A stretch of DNA of 64,000 bases, from the NCBI GenBank assembly GCA_951406725.2, contig OX597822.1, forward strand, positions 72,912,001 through 72,976,000. The letters run 5' to 3'. Below are positions 57,611 to 64,000 of the stretch, piece after piece; position 1 is the first letter of the stretch, and every line of letters starts with the position of its first letter. The translations under genes were made by a program, and so were the position numbers. The notes beneath the pieces are model-generated. The model searched no databases and had not been told where the DNA came from. It saw only the letters and a list, made by a program, of their open reading frames with translations. Source of the stretch: Octopus vulgaris (lineage: Eukaryota).

Positions 57611-58860
57611 AGCACGCTTTCCCGCAGCTCGTTTCCATGACCGAACTGCAGTCGTGGATCAAAAAGAGGCCGAGGAAGGGCGATTGGCACCGCGAGTGTC
57701 GCGTTGCTCTCAAGCAACTCTGCCGTCCCGGGTCGACCTTGAGTGACTTCAACACAACCAAAGCATTCTATAGGGGATTAGTGGAGGGGAGGTACGACAA
57801 CGAGCTCGGGGCGAACCTGGACGTCGACGAGGAGTACCTGACCCGCCTGTTCAGGACGACTTTCGGGCCAGGGCCCATGGACAACTTCCAGAGATCCCTG
57901 GCCTGGCAGTGCTACCGAGAAGCGCTACCCGTTCGGGATAAGCTCTACAGACACGGCTCGAGAAACACGGGGCCGACCTGCCCGAGATGCGGTCAGAGCG
58001 ACGAAACCGTTCTGCACGCACTCGTGCAGTGTCCAACAATTTCCGACCTGTGGGCTTATGTCGAACAACTGCTGTCACGTGTGGGACCAGTCGGTTTATC
58101 AGCTGAGCCTATCGTCAATATTGTCACGCCTCCTTCCTTCAAACGGGAAGGAAGAGCTATTTTCATCATCCTTGTGGCTATGGCGAAAGAATGTATCTGG
58201 TGGACGCGTCTGAAAGGATTGGAGACAAACACTTTCCTCTCTGGTCAATCTCTCATCAACTTCTTCAAGTACCACTTGAAAAGGAAAGTGAGAGTAGAGA
58301 GGCAAGTTTTGTCTAGCGAATGTTTTAAAAAAGATGGGTGAATGTAGCAAGGATGGCACGTATGAATGACGAAGCCACCTTGAGCATAATCCTATGAACC
58401 CAGAAATTGAAAACAGAGGGTTACCCACTTGCAAACAAATGTGGTAACATATAACAATATTGACCAAGGTTACCGTGGTCTTTTTCGTAGGCTTTTCTTC
58501 CCACGGATAACCCTTACTTGCTTTCCCCTTTACACCATATATCATAACACTGTGATACACGATCCCTATTGATCGTTCTTTTTTTTCCTCTTCCCCTTTT
58601 TTTCCCCTTTTTTCTTCTTTTTTCATTTCTCTTTCCTTTTGTTCCTTTTCCTTTTCTTTTTTTTTCTTTTTATTCTTTTTATTTTATTCAATTTTTTTTT
58701 GTTTTGTTCTTTTCTTCCCTTTTACGATCCCTCTTGATCGAAAACCTACGCCACCCCCTTTTTTTCTTTTTGTTTTTTGTTCTCTTCATCCCCCAAAAGA
58801 AAAGCTCTACCTTGTAACTTGTCCCATCTGTGTGCAGCCCTGTGTGGCCAATAAAGAAAC
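57611..58860 (+). mobile_element. Young 5'-truncated Tx1/L1-clade retrotransposon inserted in (TCTA)n
   Basis: ORF 57637-58341 with SLAWQCYREALPVRDKL, CPRCGQSDETVLHALVQC and AKECIWWTR; T-rich 3' UTR; AATAAA at 58850; TCTA repeats on both sides. Confidence 0.9.
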
Positions 58861-58896
<36 letters not shown>

Positions 58897-58897
58897 T

Positions 58898-59118
58898 TTT
58901 TTTACTTGTTTCAGTCATTTGACTACGGCCATGCTGGAGCACCGCCTTTAGTCGAGCAACTCGACCCCGGGACTTATTCTTTGTAAGCCCACATAAATAT
59001 ATATATACATATATACGACAGGCTTCTTTCAGTTTCCGTCTACCAAATCCACTCACAAGGCATTGGTCGGCCCGGGGCTATAGTGCAAGCTATTTACCAC
59101 ACAGTCACTCCTGCGCCT
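58898..59118 (-). mobile_element. Internally deleted CORE-type SINE
   Basis: Both family ends present with two internal deletions. Confidence 0.8.
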
Positions 59119-59131
59119 ATCTATCTATCTA

Positions 59132-59245
<114 letters not shown>

Positions 59246-59299
59246 TGTGTGGCTGTATGTCTGTGTGTTTGCGTGTGTGTGTATGTGTGTGTTTGTGTA

Positions 59300-60442
59300 T
59301 TGGATCGTCCTATAAAGGATGCGGTTTTTTGTATGCCTTCTTTTCTTTTTTATACTTCTTTTCTTTTTCAAAATGAAGATAAACAAAGTTCTTTTTATAA
59401 TCTAAAATATACTCTCCTTCATTTTCTACAATGCTCTTCCATCTATCTGGTATACTTGATAGGCTCCTATTCCAAAATTCATTACTGTTCTGACCTCGTA
59501 TAAAAAATTCCTATTTTTCCCTTCCAAATGATTTTGAAAACTGCGGAATAAATGATAATCAGATAGGGCAATGTCCGGTGGACATGGTAGGGGGGATGCA
59601 GCGTTTCCCATTCAAACTACTCCAGTCTTTGGAATGTCAACCTCGCTATATGTAGCCGAGGATTATCCTGATAGAAGATATCGTTTTGCTTGGATTTAAA
59701 AGTTCAAAGTGGACTAAACCTTTCTATCCCACCAAACAGAAAACAACACCTTACGTGAGTGAAGACCTTCTTTAGCCTGGGGTGTCGGTGTTTCTCCTTT
59801 CCTTACTCACTGTTTTGGGCGCTTGACATTTTTATAGAGAACCCATTTCTTGTCAACAGTCACTATTCGGTCCAAAAACTGTTCATTCGAGAGACGTGAC
59901 AGCAAAGAAAAGCACTCATTCACTCTCTGCACGCGATTAGACTCGGAACGACCCACTTTGCTGACTTTTTCGATGGCACGCTGGTATCGATGAATGGTTG
60001 AATGAACAAATCAAAGCTTCTCTTCTAGTTCCTCAACAGTTACTATGGGATTTTGTTTCAGTAAGGTATACATGACGTCCTCATCGAGCTTTACACATCT
60101 TTCAGGATGGGTCTCGTCTTCTAGGCTGTAATTTCCGACTCAGAATTTCTGGAACCACCATTGATATTTTTGGCTTACGCTTATTGTCCGATCTCCATAT
60201 ACTGCATAAATATTCCTCGCGCAAAATATGCCGAATATGCTCCTTTGTCGCTTCCATTATAGCTTTGAAAAAAAATAACTACTAAAATTGAACTGCACTC
60301 TTCAAAGCTTTCACTAAGAAGAAGTACAAGGTAAAATTACTACCTGCTTTTATAAGAAGTTGAAGCAGGTAGTTTATTGTGTCTCCCTCCAACGTTTATT
60401 TTATGAAATTGTAAAATACGCATTATTTATAGGATGACCCAA
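59300..60442 (-). mobile_element. Near full-length decayed mariner
   Basis: TIRs ttggatcgtcctataaaggatgcg / cgcattatttataggatgacccaa with TA TSDs; IVTVDKKWVLY, YQDNPRLH, PPDIALSDYHLFRSFQNHL. Confidence 0.9.
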
Positions 60443-61012
60443 TATATATACTACATACATATGTGTGTGAGTGTATGTGTTTATGAGTGATACATATATG
60501 TGTGCGTGTGTTTTTGTGTATGTTTGTGTTTTGTATGTGCGTGTACGAGTGTGCGAAGGGAAAGGAAGGACACATTTAACTATATAGTCCTATACATACG
60601 ACAGAAGGGGTGATCTCAGTCGGAATACCTTTTGTCACATATACCTTTGCTTAAACATGGCTGACTTAGGCATAAACGGTACAAAATAAAAGGATTTGAT
60701 CAATTTATTACATTTTGCTTTGAGGAGAAAATTTAGAGGCGACTATTTTAAAATGGTATTTCACTCGTACCTATTTGCACTGGAAAGTGGAAATCAAACT
60801 TGTTCGTCCCTTCCTAGAATCAAACCCAGAAACTAAAATAATCCAAACTGCTGAATACCTGTAATTGCTGATTGCGAGTTCTGAAGCAGAATATAATTAC
60901 AATTGAGGCTAATGATGGGATAAGCTGCATTTCTATTGGTCGATCGCAAAAATGAAAGGGGAAGCATTTATTATATAAAAGATATCTACCTATCTATTTT
61001 TCCATCTATTCC

Positions 61013-61075
<63 letters not shown>

Positions 61076-61098
61076 GTCTGTGTATTTCTCTCTCTCTT

Positions 61099-61165
<67 letters not shown>

Positions 61166-61168
61166 GTA

Positions 61169-61247
<79 letters not shown>

Positions 61248-61250
<3 letters not shown>

Positions 61251-61562
61251 TAATTTAGAGAACAACCAGCCACTATTAAACAATTCAATAAAGAAAGATG
61301 TTATTCACAGCATATAGAAAACATATACTATAAAAAAAAACTTATTTTAAAAATCAATAAAGTACAAAAATAGTAAATAGTAGTATATGTTTTCTATATG
61401 GTGTGAACAACATCTTTTCTATATGGTGTGAATAACATCTTTATTCAATTGTTTAATACATGTTTTTCTTCTAAATCATATACATATATGTATAGTGAAT
61501 TTTGATTTAAAATGATTAAATTGAGTTTTTCCTATAAGTTTTGGAATTATATTCCCTACTTT
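61248..61562 (+). mobile_element. Fold-back unit between (TA)(GA)n and (TA)n
   Basis: Arms 61248-61330 / 61381-61482 (right arm has a ~25-nt tandem duplication), followed by an ~80-nt tail. Confidence 0.7.
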
Positions 61563-61675
61563 TATATATATATATATATACACAGAGACAGAGAGGAGAG
61601 CGAGAGTGAGGGAGGAAGAGAGAGAGAGACAAAGAGAGACAGACAGACAAATAGCTAGCTAGATAGATGAATAGC

Positions 61676-61807
<132 letters not shown>

Positions 61808-62510
61808 CAGACAGATAGATGGATAAATAGATAGATAGATAGATTGATGGTTGAAATCGACTGAAAACGTCAACGCCCCAAAATTCTACACGGTGTTCAA
61901 GTCAATCACTACAGAGAAATTCCATGTAATGCTCTTTGTGTTTATCTTTGTCATATTTAACACTCAAAAAGTCATGCATTTTAGGGCCATATTTAATGGA
62001 GAAAATGTTCACTTGTATGTTTTCACTGAAAGAAGTTGCAGGTTAAACAATGATAATTTGCTTGAACTGAAGAATAAAAACTGGTTGGTTATTTTTGTAA
62101 CTTCAAATACAAGGCATTCCATAATAAATCTAGAATAATTTAACTGTCAGTTCTAATATTAAATTGAAACAGACAGCGTTTAGGCACAGTCAATTGGGTA
62201 GCGGTAAAATTCATGTGAAAAGAAATATTCTATGAAAATTTTTTAAGACGAAGTTATAATAATAACAGAATAGCTACGATAGTAGTTTGTACAAATGAAT
62301 GATTGTGTTTGTATATTTAACAAATAAAATTAATTCGTCTCCTTCGCTGCATGACTTGGAAATTCAGCTGTCCATTTGTGTGTAGGGAACTCCACACACA
62401 CACACACACATACACACACACACACACAAACACACACAAACAAATAAGCATAAATACATACAGCCATATATATATACGCATATATAAAGAAAGCAGTCTC
62501 TCATATCTAT

Positions 62511-62588
<78 letters not shown>

Positions 62589-62709
62589 GTCTGTCTGTAT
62601 GTATGTATGTATGTATGTATGTCTGTCTGTCTTTCTATCTGTCTGTCTGTCTATCCATCTATCTATCTATCTATCAATCTATCTATCTATTTTATCTTTA
62701 TTTTTATTT

Positions 62710-62996
62710 TTTACTTCTTTCAATCATAGGTCAGTGGCCATGCTGGGCTACTGCTTTGAAGAAGTTTAGTGTAAATCATTATTTTAAGCCTGGTGCTTAT
62801 TCTATCAGTCTTTTTCCCGAACCGCTAAATTACGGGGAGGTAAACAAACCAATACCAGTTATCAAATTGTCGTGAGGTACAAACACACATACAATGACAC
62901 ACACACACACGTATATAGATAGATAGATATACGACAGGCTTCCTTTAGTTTCCTTTTGCCAAATCTGCTCACAAAGTTTTGGCTGGCTCGGGGCTA
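62710..62996 (-). mobile_element. Degenerate CORE-type SINE
   Basis: gtggccatgctgg...gaaccgctaaattacgggga...acgacaggcttc. Confidence 0.7.
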
Positions 62997-62998
62997 AA

Positions 62999-63044
<46 letters not shown>

Positions 63045-63553
63045 ATATATATATATAATCGTCACTAAATGTGACTAAGGATGCCGATACATCGACATTG
63101 CTAGAAACAGGGGTAAGATACTCCTTGTCCTGTTGGAAGAGCGCAAATGTATACACATATTCTAGAAAGATTTTTGATTCGGTAATAGGGCGGTTTCTTC
63201 CCCTGTCAGCGCATATGTATATGTATATGCGGTCTTCCTATAGGACAAGGAGTTTCTTATTCCTACTTATAGCAATCTAGCTGTCTTGTCACGCTTACTG
63301 ACATCTAGCGACGACTGAATTTTTCCTTTAGGATATTATAATGCGTCTAGGTGTTTATATTAGTTTTTTGTATACGCATTAGGATTCCGCTAAGTCATCC
63401 ATAAATTTCTATGGTAAATATATATATAAACTGACTGGCGGAATTATCCGACACCAACTGATCGGACAGCTCAGACTGACAAAGCGTATACGTGTATGTG
63501 TTCGTGCGTGTATGCACATATACATATGTCACACCCACACCACACACCCACGC

Positions 63554-63620
<67 letters not shown>

Positions 63621-63704
63621 CTAAAAAATTATTAATTTATAATTAATAAATTTCACCAAGTAGTTTCGATATGAACCGTATTAGGTAAAAACTTATACAA
63701 GAAG

Positions 63705-63767
<63 letters not shown>

Positions 63768-64000
63768 CTGCTTTTAAAAGAAGCTTATATAAAATCGTAT
63801 TTAACATTAAACTGGAAGGTTTTTATTAGAGTGCATAATTTTTTTAATTATTGCAAGGAAAATGTTGGTGGTGTCCTCGAAGTCAATATCAACATTTTCC
63901 TTGTAAAAATTAATTTAGATACATACATTTATATATATATATATATATATATATATCAATTAAATTTACCGTCGTGTAATCATAGTAAATCAATATTGAC

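Overview
AT-rich, microsatellite-saturated eukaryotic DNA with no confidently identifiable host coding exon. The SINE repertoire suggests a coleoid cephalopod such as Octopus (inference only). The window is almost all transposon material. It holds about 10 fragments of restriction-like-endonuclease (R4/Dong-type) non-LTR retrotransposons, most bounded by (TAA)n, including a young 5'-truncated copy with an open C-terminal frame (8205-9488). It also holds a young Tx1/L1-type copy inside (TCTA)n, three mariner relics, a Tc1/mariner MITE, a hAT-like transposase relic, an 8-bp-TSD MITE carrying (TTAGGG)n, and many tRNA-derived SINEs. The most notable signal is non-coding. Six minimal type-I hammerhead ribozyme motifs occur here (CTGAnGA-stem II-GAAA-short or palindromic stem III-UH), two with intact cores and four with 1-3 substitutions. 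There is also a set of fold-back units (arm-spacer-arm-tail) abutting (TA)n. One unit (56521-57200) carries a hammerhead in each arm, linking the two observations and pointing to non-autonomous Penelope-like or retrozyme-like elements associated with TA repeats. Most short ORFs in the supplied track are microsatellite or antisense-TE artefacts. All alignments were done by eye, and boundaries of degenerate elements are approximate.
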